A stretch of 64,000 nt of DNA from Octopus vulgaris. Lineage: Eukaryota. The stretch is from positions 57,164,001 to 57,228,000 of the forward strand of contig OX597829.1 in the NCBI GenBank assembly GCA_951406725.2, read 5' to 3'. Under the pieces are notes generated by a model, which was not told the origin of the DNA, searched no databases, and saw only the letters and a program-made list of their open reading frames with translations. The translations under genes were made by a program, and so were the position numbers. This document shows, one piece after another, positions 51,290-63,119 of the stretch (its first letter is position 1; the number at the start of each line of letters is the position of its first letter).

Positions 51290-53260
51290 GAAAACAAAAC
51301 ATCTTTTAGCAGAGATTCCAAGCCTGGCTGAAATAAAATTGGATATCGGGAAATTAAACGATGGAAAGGATCCTGCTGCACATGGATTAGGTGCGGAGAT
51401 TATACAAACATGGTGGTGAACATCTTGGTACGATGTCGATAGATGTGATTCAGAGGTTTTGGCATAGTGAAGTGGTTCCTCTGGATTGGTGTGGTGCAAT
51501 TATGGAGACATTCAATGAATCAAAAGGTGGAAGGGATGTTTGTGATAATTTCTGTCTTTTAGCTGTCACCAGAAAGGTCCTTTGTAAGGTAATGCTGGAT
51601 AGAGATTGCTTCTGTATATTGTGGAATCACAATGTGAGTTTAGAGGTGGTAGGAATACAATGGATATATTTTCAGCCACACAGCTACAAGATAAGTACAT
51701 CTAACAAAATATGGGCTTGTATCAAGTTTTTATTGATCTGACGAAAGCATTTGATTCTTCAAATAAGGTTGTACTTTGGGAGATCCTGAAAAAGCTGGGT
51801 TGCCCTGAAAATGTTATGAGAATGCTTAGAAAATTTCATGATGAGATGGAGGTATGCTAAATGTATCTTGTCAGATCCAATTTTTGTAGAAATTGGGGTA
51901 AAACAGGATGATATTCCTGCTCCCACCTTGTTTGCTCTGTATTTTATAGAAGTCTTTCAAATAACTTTTGAAGATTGCACTGAAGGGGGCTGTATAAGAT
52001 ATAAGACAGTGAGAAAACTTTCTAACCCCAAAAGACTTTGTGCCAAAATGAATGTTCTTCATTCTCACACCATTGAGTTCTTGTATGCAAATGATTGTGA
52101 CCTGTTAGCACATTCCCAGGAGGATATGCTACACAATCAATGCAATTTATGCAGCACTGAAGCCTTACAATCAACTTGACGAAAACTGTTCTGACGTACC
52201 AATATGCCCTCTCTAAACTTTATATGGAATCTTCTATAACTGTGTCTGGGCAAAGGTTACAAATTGCAACTAAAACCATTTATTTAGGAAGTACTTTGAG
52301 CACTACTGGTCTTGATGATGAAATTTCATATAGAATCAGCAAGGTATGTAATACCTTTGGTAGGCTTGACAGGCATCTCTGGTCATGCCATAGTATATCT
52401 TTCCAAATTAAAATTAGGGTTTATAGCACGTGTCCTGCTATCTTTGCTATATGGAAGTGAGACATGTGTTGTTTATCGTAGGCATAAAGACATTTGGAAC
52501 AATTACATCAATATTGTCTTGGAAAAATTCTTGGGGTAAATTGGAAAATAATGTGGAGGTACTTGAGAAAAGTAGTTGTAGGAGTGTAGAATAAATGATT
52601 CTGCAAAATTGTTTGAGGTGGGGTGGCCATCTGGTAAGAATGAAGATGAAAGACTTCCTAAGCAATATTTGTATGGTGAGTTGGAAGATGGTAAGAGACT
52701 AGCACATAAACTGAAAATGAGGTTCAAGAACTGCCTCAGAATTGCTCTGACATAGTTTCAGTTGTTGATTGGGGGAAGGAGACACAAGACCGAAACAGAT
52801 CAAAGAAAAGGGAGCACAGTGGCTGCTCGAGGTTTGAAAGAGAGAGAATGAAGCACGAGGAGATCAAGAAAGGAATTAGAAAGAATGAACCCGTGGAAAA
52901 TAAGGGTATTGCTTTTTATGCGTGCGATTTGTAGGAGGAAATGCTTGAGTCATGCAGGCCTGGTCAACCATCAGAGAAGTCACAAGAATCAACTCCTTGT
53001 AAATTGTGATATGGCTATTGTTTACAACAGAATATGTGCAACCTGTGGAATGGTGTGCCTTTCAGTTGGAGGATTGAAAAGGCATAGCAAAAGAATTCAT
53101 ACCATGGCACCTATTCCCTCTGCCAGCCAGCACAGTCGGGTATTATGCAATAGAATGTGAAAATCTTTGGCAGGGCACAAGAGTCATGCAAGGGACTCAC
53201 ATTGCATTATCAATGACTCATTTCAGTGGTTCTTTCTAGCAATGGCTTTGCTCGTATACA
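51290..53260 (+). mobile_element. Decayed RTE-BovB-like LINE with C-terminal C2H2 fingers
   Basis: FIDLTKAFDS, GVKQDDIPAPTLF, LYANDC, LRWGGHLVRM..RLPKQYLYGEL, CAICRRKCLSHAGLVNHQRSH and CATCGMVCLSVGGLKRHSKRIH. Confidence 0.9.
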
Positions 53261-53294
53261 AGGAAGAAGCTACTATACACACACACACACATAT

Positions 53295-54290
53295 ATTATC
53301 CTAACTGTATAATATTAAATATCCATCATGGCTGATCTTACCAACTGGTTTCACATAAAGAATACAATGAAGAGTTAGGTAACAATCCAATTATTTAACT
53401 TTATGCTCATCAGAGTTAGCTGTTATGGAAGGGAGTATGGTGACTGCTCTCTATTGTTGGAGGTGGAGTAACACAACCAGTCAATGGCTGCTGTGGAAAA
53501 AGTGATGAAACGAAAAAGTGCCAGGGGATTGGGTCAGGAGTTATGTCCCTTGGTTGGATATGCTGTGAAGCTGGTAAGTTATATTGAAGTGTGTGAAAGT
53601 ATTATCAATGTGGTCTTCCTGTGGGGATGTATATGTAGTGGTGTCATATGCATAATTTTTCCAGGAGTGTAGTTATATATAGCTGTGTTTGTTGGACTGT
53701 TTTCTTTTTATAAAGGATAAGGTTGTGGTAGTGGTGGTAGGTTATGTTGGCATGCAGTGTGTGCGTGCACGTGGGGTTATATATGTGTGGAGGGGTATGT
53801 GTTGAGGTGGTGGGAGACAGTCTATTTTGTGGGGGTGTTGGTGTGTGCTTTGGTCAAACTCTTTGCAGGGCCTGAGGGTATTGGGGAAGGTCAAGGCTGG
53901 GGACCTGTGGTTGCAGTCCTGTTGGGGCACACAGGTATGCTAGGATGTACTTCCTTTCATGTGGGCAAGGATTAAACATCTCACTCCTGCTATTTAGGTA
54001 AACATTCAGGTGTTGGGTACCCTTTAAAATTGCTCTCTTCTCAGCCAGGCATAACCTACTAAAATCCTTTTTACACGAGATGCACAGCAAAAGGATAATC
54101 TCAAGGTATGTCTATTAGATATTTTGTTGAATCTATTAGTACAAGGAAGTGTCTATCAACTAAACTAAAGAAGATCTTACCTTCTCTAGTCTCAATGTTT
54201 AAAGAGAATGACAGCATGAACCACAGTACCTTCCAGTGGCACTTTCTCTTGTGGAGTGTTAGGGTCAAGGCATGTAACTAATTCTATCCT
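53295..54290 (-). mobile_element. Penelope-like 3' fragment (GIY-YIG C-terminus plus pseudo-LTR) ending at (CA)n/(TA)
   Basis: ORF 53854-54090 RLCLAEKRAIL..YLNSRSEMFNPCPHERKYIL (cf. CxLCLxEKxxIL..LLNKRSE..CxH). Confidence 0.85.
53331..53420 (-). ncRNA. Type I hammerhead ribozyme with intact core and long loop II
   Basis: GCUAACU-CUGAUGA-GCAUAAAG(38 nt)CUUUAUGU-GAAA-CCA(GU)UGGUA^AGAUCAGC. Confidence 0.88.
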
Positions 54291-55554
54291 ATATACACAC
54301 ACCCACGCATAAACATATTACAAATAGGAAACACACCAAAAGCCTTAGCCACCCAGGGTATTATTAATTATAAATATAAAATTCATTTTGACATTTTTTA
54401 AACAGGTAAAATCAAAAATTTTAGAAAGTTTTGGATGTCAGCAAGGTTTGGAGGAGAACGGGTAGTTTGAAAAAGACAAGAGAGCAATCAAAGGGAGATA
54501 ATTAACTGCACTCCATGTGTAGGAAGTTTTTTTTAATGAATTCCGAAAATCTAAACTAACACCAGAATGGGTTATTGTCTGTCTGTCTGTCTTTAATTCT
54601 TGCTAAGATGTACATTGTATAAAATGCAAATATGATGAAAAACTTCCACTTTTTGTATTTCTGGAGGTTCTTAGATTCTTTAAAAGATACAGTTTTCAAG
54701 CAAGTGTATGGAACATAATTTTGACCTGTTGATATAAAAGTCTGGTCTTAGAAAGGATTTTCCAGTTAATGATTGCATCCTTAATTATTCAAATTAATGC
54801 CATGAGGGTTGTTGTATGTCTCTTCTCAGGATACCTAAAGGAATTTAAATTTTCTTTCCACAAGAGTATTTGCTCTCCAAAGAGATGGTTTTATATTTAA
54901 GATCATAAAAATTAAATTTTTATAAGATCATTAAAACAATGATAATGAAGAACTCAAACAATCAATAATTTTCTATCTGCAGTTACTTCCACTTTATGAG
55001 AGAGTCTTCTCCTATGCTATGGCCTAAATCCAAATATAAACAGTTTAATATACACTTGCACAGGAGCATGACCAACAGGTTAAGTTGTTATACTCTTGAT
55101 TGCAAGACTGTAGTTTTTATTTCACAGTCATCATCATCATTTAACGTCTGTTTTTCCACGGGTTGGACGATTTGACTAAGAACCCAGCTTATTTTTAATT
55201 TTCAGTCAAACCATCCAACCCATGCCAGCATGGAAAACAGATGTCAAATGGTGGTGATGATGACTAGGGGAGCTTGGCATTTGTAAGCAAAACGCTTCAT
55301 TTCCAGTAGCTCCATTCCACCCAGATGTAAATGGGCCACCCTGTGATGGACTGGCTTCCTGTCCAGGGTGAATGTTGGCCTGTCTGGGTGGCATCACTTG
55401 AGGTGAGGAAGTACATTGTGATCAGCAGCATATAACAATGTCCAATAGTCTGATCAATACAGATACTCATTGTAATGTGTGCAATATGCAAATTTGGAAG
55501 TTTTGGATAGTGAGCCTTAATTCCCAAGGTAATGGATCATAAAATGTGTGGGGG

Positions 55555-55710
55555 TGTAGGCACAGGCATGGCTGCATGTTAAGGAGTTTTGCTTCCCAAC
55601 TACAAGGCTCCAAGTCTAGTTCTACTGCGTGACACTTTGGGAAAGGTTTGTCTAATATAATCCAGGCTTTGTGAGTTTCGGTTGACAGAAACTGAAAGAA
55701 GACTGTCATG
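55555..55710 (+). mobile_element. Old CORE-type SINE
   Basis: Aligns to 40228-40370. Confidence 0.75.
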
Positions 55711-56471
55711 TGTGTATGCATGTGTATGTATACACACATATGTGTATATGACACTATACTTGTGTTTGTGTGATAGATGTAAATGATTGTCACTATTTTA
55801 AAAGCAATGTCGCTCATTTCCAATATCCTGTGAGGACATGTTTATTGATGGGGAAATATTACCTTATCTGCAAACAGGTGAGATTTGGCATAGTGAAAGG
55901 TATTCACCAATAGAAAATCTGCTTCAATAAACTCTGCCCAGCCCATGCAAGAATAGAAAAGTGGATGTTAGAATGATGTTTATTATATATTGGTTGGAAA
56001 CAAGCGAGTGTTGGTGACAAGAAAGGCATTTGGTCAGAGAAAATCTGCCTCAATAAGTTCCGTCCAACCCACACAAGCATGGAAAAGTGGATGTTAGATG
56101 ATGATGATGATGATGGTTCATCTGAAGAAAGTTTTATATAAAAAAAAAATTTAACAAGGTCTTTATAATAAAATTTTAATAAGATCATTAAAATGATGAT
56201 ATAATGAAGGAGTTGAAATATCATCATTTCCTTTTCTGTGATTACTTCAACTGTATGAGGTTATCCGCTAATGTTATAGTCTAAATCCAAATATACACAA
56301 CTTTATACACACTTATGCATGTAATACAGGAATTCGGGAGTTTAATGTGTTTTGGATAGGAAACCCTAATTCCTATGGTAACACTTCATTCATTCATTCA
56401 TGTATGTATAAGACTCAGGTAAAAGAAGAATAAAATAAAATAAACCCAGTAAGGGTTTACATATACACATA

Positions 56472-56521
<50 letters not shown>

Positions 56522-56554
56522 AGTGTGTGTGTGTGTGAGTATGTGTGTGTGGCT

Positions 56555-56731
56555 ATATTAAAACAAAGACTGGAAATTATGGTATCTATTTTTAATTCTG
56601 TAATTACAACTATTTCATTACATGGGAAATATATTTTATGAACAGTTCATAAAATGTATTCCCATGTTGTAATGAAACAACCGTAACTACAGAGTTAAAA
56701 TAGCCCAAAATTAAAGTCTTTGTTTTAATAT
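56555..56731. repeat. Imperfect foldback palindrome centred on 56644, next to (GT)n
   Basis: ATATTAAAACAAAGACT...TTTTATGAAC-A-GTTCATAAAA...AGTCTTTGTTTTAATAT. Confidence 0.92.
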
Positions 56732-56929
56732 TAATGTACTTTACAACTAATATACTTGACTAGAAATTTCAACTAATATGTATGGTTTTCTCCTTAAAAA
56801 TAAAACACCTAAATACATAGAAATGATAACCTGAATCTGAGGATGTGCTTTATGAGGAATATAGACTAGATTTTAATGCCTTTTATATAGTAATATAGTA
56901 TTTATGTAAACACCCATACCCACATGCAT

Positions 56930-57640
56930 AATATATAAGGTCAGCACACATTTACAGATGCAAATCTTGGACACATCATTGCTGAGGTTACAGGGAGCTC
57001 CATGTCTTAAAACATACACTTTCATCCAGACGACTTGACCTTGGTGAAATAAGCCTGGACCCTATTTCCAGGCTTGTTCAACCCCACTGATCACCTCTTC
57101 TCTCTCTCACACACACAATGTATATGCTATATATTAATTACAATGTTACATCTAAATACATGGATATATGTATATATGTACATATATGTAAATACACACA
57201 CAAGCACATATGTATTTATATATGCACAAGCCAGTGTGTGTGTGTATGTATATATACATATCAAACACGTGAATTACCTGTGTTTTTTTTTTCCTGACTC
57301 TCTTATTTTTTTCCATTATTTCCACATTTTCCTCTTTGTGTCTGACAAAGGACTATATCTCAGACATTATACTTTTTATATTATTATTTTTCCTTCCGTC
57401 AGTCTAACGATATTAATTATAAATGCACTTTTGTTGTTTTTTTGTCCTTTGTTATTGATTTGCTTCCTTCCCCCTCTCTCTATATAAACTTTGTTAGCTT
57501 AATTAACTTTTCTTCAGAAATCATCTACCTATATTTGTATTCATACTCATACTGTATGGAGGGTTAAACCATAGTATTTTCTTATGTCTATATTTTTTTG
57601 GTTAACCTACATTTGGTCTGATTTAAGTTATAATGTTCTT
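56930..57640 (+). mobile_element. Very decayed PLE 3' end with a hammerhead relic at 57338-57372
   Basis: TFHPDDL (cf. TxxPxGLN) near 57025-57040; GTGT-CTGACAA-AGGAC(TAT)ATCT-CAGAC-ATT-ATAC. Confidence 0.45.
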
Positions 57641-57926
57641 AAAATTGTATCTTTCTAATGTAACACGGGGCTGCCTTTATGGAAGTTGCTACATCAGAGG
57701 ATAGGTTGGAAACATACCTACTTTTTAAACAGATCACTTGAAAATTCTTTCCACATAAAACCATTGGTAGCATTGTTAATCTACAAACAAAGAATATTTA
57801 TCCACCAATTGCAGTGTTGAGTTCTTATTCTCCCAGTTCAATACTATGGTGTATATATATATATATATCAATTTGACTTAGCGCCATATGATTTAAAATC
57901 TAATGGGTGTGTAGAATGAAACCCAT

Positions 57927-58093
57927 CTCATCAGACATTAGAAACTAAGAGTAACGGATTCTAGATGTTAGACGTCTGTTGGTCAGTTCCGACCATGCCA
58001 TGCTGATACTCTACAAGCAAACCATGTGACCTGAGCTGACAAACAGGGGCTCAACATCTAGAATCTGTTACTCTTCTTTTAATATCTTATGAG
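57927..58093. repeat. Imperfect inverted repeat (arms 57927-57989 and 58033-58093)
   Basis: AAGAGTAACGGATTCTAGATGTT versus AACATCTAGAATCTGTTACTCTT, with flanking matches. Confidence 0.9.
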
Positions 58094-58108
58094 TGCCACT
58101 TTCTTTCA

Positions 58109-58114
58109 TTTATT
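58109..58114 (-). promoter_or_regulatory. Candidate polyadenylation signal of the Sel1-repeat gene
   Basis: AATAAA about 100 nt after the stop codon; weak evidence in AT-rich DNA. Confidence 0.4.
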
Positions 58115-58212
58115 CACATGTGTGTATATATATATATCCATATATCCACATATATATATATTAGTATAAAAGCACATAAAAAAGACAAAAATCAAAATTT
58201 AACCGAGTCTGG

Positions 58213-58565
58213 TTAAGAACACAAAACAAAATCTGAAAAAGAAGCAGCGTTGGGTTTGTAAATGGAGACGCTGTTACAACAATGTGGAGCGTGGCGCAGA
58301 TAGGAATCGAATTTCTCTTCAAGAGACTCATCGTTGTTATTCTTCAGTGGAGACTCTTCAGTTTTTGCAGTGTTCTTCAGGAATGACGATGATGATGATG
58401 ATGCCGATGATGATGCCGATGGTAATTCTGTTTCAGACAATGACATTGACTGGTTTGCTATGAATAGAGACCGTTTCCATAATTCTGAGAAGAAAGGGTT
58501 TTCAGTTTCAGAAGAAGTGGAATTGATTGAGCTACTTGTCAGGATTTCTATGCTATCATCATCAT
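58213..58565 (-). CDS. DELE1: DELE1-like gene, terminal coding exon (Ser/acidic tail)
   Basis: Polypyrimidine-TTTCAG acceptor. The phase-1 join to the upstream exon reads (D)DDDSIEILTSSS...DFVLCS* with no stop over 353 nt. Confidence 0.75.
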
Positions 58566-58869
58566 CTGAAATAATTAAAGAGAGAAGAGAGAGTGAGAAA
58601 TATGGAATATAAGTGTTTAGGTGTATAATAGAGAGTTAGAAAGACAGGCCAGAGAAAATATGTGTGTATATATATTTATATACACACACACACATGTATA
58701 TAAATAAAAATTCAGACGAAAATACACAATAACACTAAGCAAATTGTAATGTTTTTAGAGAAATTAAAATGATTAAACAAGTGTAATTTTTATTCAAATA
58801 CTTCATTGAAATATATCAGCGCTTTCTTCTGTGTGTGTGTGTGTGTATGTGTGCATATGTGTACGTATG

Positions 58870-59113
58870 GCTCACTTCTTGTGCTCGCACTGTTTCATCG
58901 ATCAAAAAGAGGTGGAAACTTCAAAACTTCCATGCTTCCTGAGATTCGCCAACACTACACCTGATTTTCTCCCCTCCATACACACACAAGCATGTATCTG
59001 ACTCATACATTGTTCGCTTTCCAGACATTTCTACATTACTGCATGTACTTTATATGCACTTTCTGACAAGTTGTGGTGCACCTGAGCACTGTATACAATA
59101 ATTTCATTATTAT
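58870..59113 (+). mobile_element. LINE 3' UTR fragment (CR1/L2-like) with (ATT)n tail
   Basis: Terminal GTGC-ACCTGA-GCAC stem-loop, then TTCATTATTATT. Confidence 0.45.
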
Positions 59114-59934
59114 TCAGTGAAGGAGTTATTCACCTCAAAGATCTTGTATCAGTATGGGATCAAAGAACTGGCAGAAAGGTGCCTCCAGACAATCCAACAC
59201 AGTGGCCTCTACTCTGAATGCTAGACTGCTTTTGCTGTAACTCGAGGAGAATAAACCAAATAAGTTACCAAAATATTGACTCAATATATTCAACTGTGAG
59301 GAATCCTGAATTCAACCTGAGCCTGTTTACTTTTTACATTGTATGAAAGTATTTCTAGATTTAAGCAGAACAAAAAAGAGATAATTTGTAATTGCAGATT
59401 GAAAATTGAGAAGGCCAATAGATGTTGATGCTTCTTTGTGTCTATTCAAGAAATTTTGTCTTTCAGGAAGTTTTGCAGTAAATGTGAATAATAAATGCTT
59501 ATTGTATACATTTGTAACTTTGGCAAAAACTAAAGATGTGATCACTTGAAAACTTTTAGATGATGTAACCTGTTTGTAAGATCATGGTCCCACGTATAAA
59601 TTACGCATGTAATTCACTAGTTTTTGAGACGTATAAATGTACAACGTTCATGAAATTATGGAGAGCATTTATTGTTGAAAATAACTTAATGTAGAATAAT
59701 GAATTGACTGCGACAGATTAAGCCTGCCTACCCACCCACCCACCCACCTACCCTAACTAGGAATATTAGGGTCTCATCCATTGTCTTATATTCAAGATCC
59801 TCTGCATGACATCCATGTATTAAAAGTAATCAAACCTGTATAATATTTGAGGAATGATAAATATAATTTTCTTATTTTCCCGTTATTTTGGCATTCTTAT
59901 TTACAACCTCATACTCTCATTGGCAACTTCCATC

Positions 59935-60320
59935 ATTCTTTTACTTGTTTCAGTCATTTGATTGTGGCCATGCTGGAGCACCGTCTTTAGTTAAACAAAT
60001 TGACTCCAGGACTTATTCTTTGTAAGCCTAGTACTTATTCTATCGGTCTCTTTTGCCAAACTGCTATGTTACATGGATGTAAAGACACCATTACTTGTTA
60101 AGCAATGGTGGAGGGACAAACACAGACACACAAACATATACATACATAGATATATATGATGGGCTCCTTTCAGTTTCCACCTCCCAAATCCACTCACAAG
60201 GCTTTGGTTGGCCTGAGGCTATAGCAAAAGACACTTGCCCAAGGTGCCATGCAGAGGAACTGAACCTGGAATCATGTGGTTGAGAAGCAAGCTTCTTACC
60301 ACACAGCCACTCCTGCACCT
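59935..60320 (-). mobile_element. Full-length CORE-type tRNA SINE (intronic)
   Basis: Minus-strand GGTGCAGGAGTGGCTGTGTGGTAAG head, GGCACCTTGGGCAAGTGTC CORE and GAAACAAGTAAAAGA tail. Confidence 0.9.
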
Positions 60321-60461
60321 GTACAACTTCCAACTGGAAAAATCAAATATGCATGCTTACAGATCAAAATGTAATTAGAAAGTTTAGTAAAACACCTGTT
60401 GTCATTTTGAGTGCAGTAGTGTTGTTAAACAGACTAACAAACTGAACGTATTCATTATTAC

Positions 60462-60645
60462 CTGAATATTCTGAATATTCTGATTCACTGTCTTCTGACA
60501 TAGACTCATCACTGATCATAGCTTTAGCCTTCACATGACCCAGTTTAGCAGCCTCAGCGAACAGATTGGATGCTTTGTTTGGGCATTGTTCTATACCCAG
60601 GCCTTTTAGATAACATAGTCCAAGGTAATATTTGGCATCAGGTTC
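60462..60645 (-). CDS. DELE1: DELE1-like gene, penultimate coding exon (Sel1 repeat)
   Basis: TTTCAG|GAACCT...TCAG|GTAATA; 184 nt. EPDAKYYLGLCYLKGLGIEQCPNKASNLFAEAAKLGHVKAK fits the Sel1 consensus and resembles the last DELE1 repeat as I recall it. Confidence 0.85.
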
Positions 60646-60889
60646 CTGAAATGAATGGTAAAAAAAAAAGGTAAAAAGATATTTCAACTGGTTAACATCA
60701 TTTAGTTTCCATCCATCCCTCATCTCCAACCACAATTTTTGAGAGGTTCATTGGGGTAGAATCCTCAGGTCCCCACCTCCACAGTGTTCCATCAGAAGCA
60801 ATCGTCACTACCCGTTCTGGCTGGATTTCCAAGCAAGACTGAGACTATGGATATTATCCAATAATCTCACTCTTAAATTCTCCAAGCTA

Positions 60890-61600
60890 AGCGGAAGAGG
60901 CAGAGTTATTCCTCAAAATGAATACAGGCCCATGATACCCTCAGGAAAATGGCCTTGTCAATATGTAGAAAAGGAGTTTGGTATAAAGTCCATACACTAC
61001 GCTAAATGTAAGAAATGGACAAAGAAGACATGCAGCAGAATCACAGGATGACCAACAGGGAACATAAGCTTTGTCTATGATAGATGCATTGGAGCAGCAG
61101 GTTCTATGGACAAGCCAGGAATATACACCCTTGACTACAAGGATGGTTCACTAGAAGGAGTCGACATCTTTTGCTACTTAGGAGATGTCATCATCAAAGG
61201 AAAGTGTCTGCTCTGAAAGCCCCTTCCCTTGCTGATTAACGAAAATAAGAAAGGGTTGGGAACGACTAGCACAGAATGAAAGGCAGATTGTACGAGGGCT
61301 GGGTTAGAAGTGCAATGCTGCATGAAAAGATTGGAAAGAAATGAAGCAAGCATGCTCTGTGTGCATGTACGACAAAGTGTGAATGTGTTGAAAGACTGGA
61401 CATAAGAGGGATCAGATGTAGTGCGTAAGAATGAAGACTATGTCTGTGGATGGATCATTAATCATGGAAGGAGTTTGTGGAAGAGAGAGATCCAGTGAGA
61501 CATGGGATGGAGCAGTGAACTTCAAGATGTTGAGCTCCACACAGGAAATGACAGGGAATGGCAATATGGTGTGCTTGAGAAGACCTGTCCATTTTAGCAG
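60890..61600 (+). mobile_element. Decayed RTE LINE fragment (intronic)
   Basis: WPCQYVEK.., LEGVDIFCYLGD and KGRLYE..VRSAMLH; similar to 45600-45978. Confidence 0.75.
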
Positions 61601-61949
61601 AATTAAGGTTCTCAAGCCTTCCCCAACAACTCATTTCTTCCATCAAGCTTCTATGTTACCCTATTTCCTTCTTACACTCTCCCTCCACTAAACTGATATT
61701 CTCTGCAATCAACTTATCCCCTATTTCTAACCATCTGCCACAATATTTCCACTCTGAACATTCACCTCTCTCCTATTCTGTCTCTCATAATTCACCTTTG
61801 TACTTTGACCTCATCTCTCTCTCTCTCTCTCTCTCTCGCTTTCCAGGTGGGCAAGCCTTGTATTCACCTTTTTCAACTCCTGCTTCCATTCATAATTTCT
61901 TATTCCTCAACAGTACACCACATTCGGTTGAGGGGTCGTGTCTTGTAGG

Positions 61950-62400
61950 TATTTGGTGACTTCACCAGTGCTGCTGCCACGTAAAAAGTGCCTCGGTATA
62001 CTCTATGAAATAGTTGACATTGGGAGGAGCATCCAGCCACAGAAACCAAACCCAAGCAGACAACTGAGGAGCTTGGAGCAGACAACTCTGGCTTCTCTGT
62101 TCATGTCAAACCATCCAACTCATGTCAGCTTGGAAAAGAAATGTTAAATGATGATGATGATGATGATTACGCAGAGCCACACATATCATTCAATGTTCTC
62201 TTTCCATGCTGCCATGGATTGGCTGTTTCCACAGGAATTGGCAAAGTCAGAAGACTGCACCAAGCTCTGCTGTCTCTTTTAGCATGGTTTCTATAGTTGG
62301 AAGCCTTTCCTAATGCCAACCACTTTATAGAATGTACAGGAACCAACAGCAGCAAAGTCACTAAATATCCTGCAAGACAAAGACCCATCAATTGAGTGGG
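61950..62400. mobile_element. Two RTE 3'-tail fragments in tail-to-tail orientation (61950-62167 +, 62185-62400 -)
   Basis: Both align to the 48670-48865 tail, in opposite orientations. Confidence 0.8.
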
Positions 62401-62939
62401 GAGCAGTATTGAGGGAGATGGCTTTGTGCCAAGGGATGAGAAACTAGAGTATAACTAGGGGGACAGAAATAGGTGTTTTGCTGTAGAAGTGATAGGCTAC
62501 CCCTGTTGGAAAGAGCGAGAGAGGGGAGACGAAGAATGTATCTCAAGTTACAGAGACGGGTATATATAAGTGAAGTGATACAGAGGACTGGATAGGGTGA
62601 ATGGGCAAGGAAATTTGCAAGAAAGAGAAAGGATAGTGGGAGATGGATGGGAAAGTAATGCAGTGAGGGAACATAGGTAGATGGAAGTGGGTGTTAAGAA
62701 GATACGTTTTGGGAAAAAGATTTGTTAGGGATGTGTATATAAGTATCATCATCATCATCATTTTAACATCCACCCTTCAATGTTTGCATGGGTCAGCTGT
62801 ATGTTCTTCCTATCAACAAACTTCACCTGTTTCCAAATAAGGTAATAGTTCCCCATGACCAGACCACTTGCATGATAGAGATATTCATTTATAGCTATCA
62901 TCTGAAGTCAAAGCACAGAGACAGTAACACACGTACGTA

Positions 62940-63090
62940 TATATGATGGGCTTCTTTCAGCTTCCATCAACCAAATTCACTCAGATGACTTTGGTCAGCC
63001 AAGGGCTATTATAAAAGACACTTGCCCAAGGAGTTACGCAGTGGAACTGAACCCAAAACCACGTGGCTGAGAAGCAAGCTTATAACCATA
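62940..63090 (-). mobile_element. CORE-type SINE 5' part
   Basis: Aligns to 60150-60310. Confidence 0.8.
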
Positions 63091-63119
63091 TAAGCAAAGA
63101 CACACACACACACACACGC

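Noticed and set aside
59327-59569. Possible extra exon of the DELE1-like gene
   Set aside because: In the required phase 1 it stops after four codons. The 60462-to-58565 join is already in frame.
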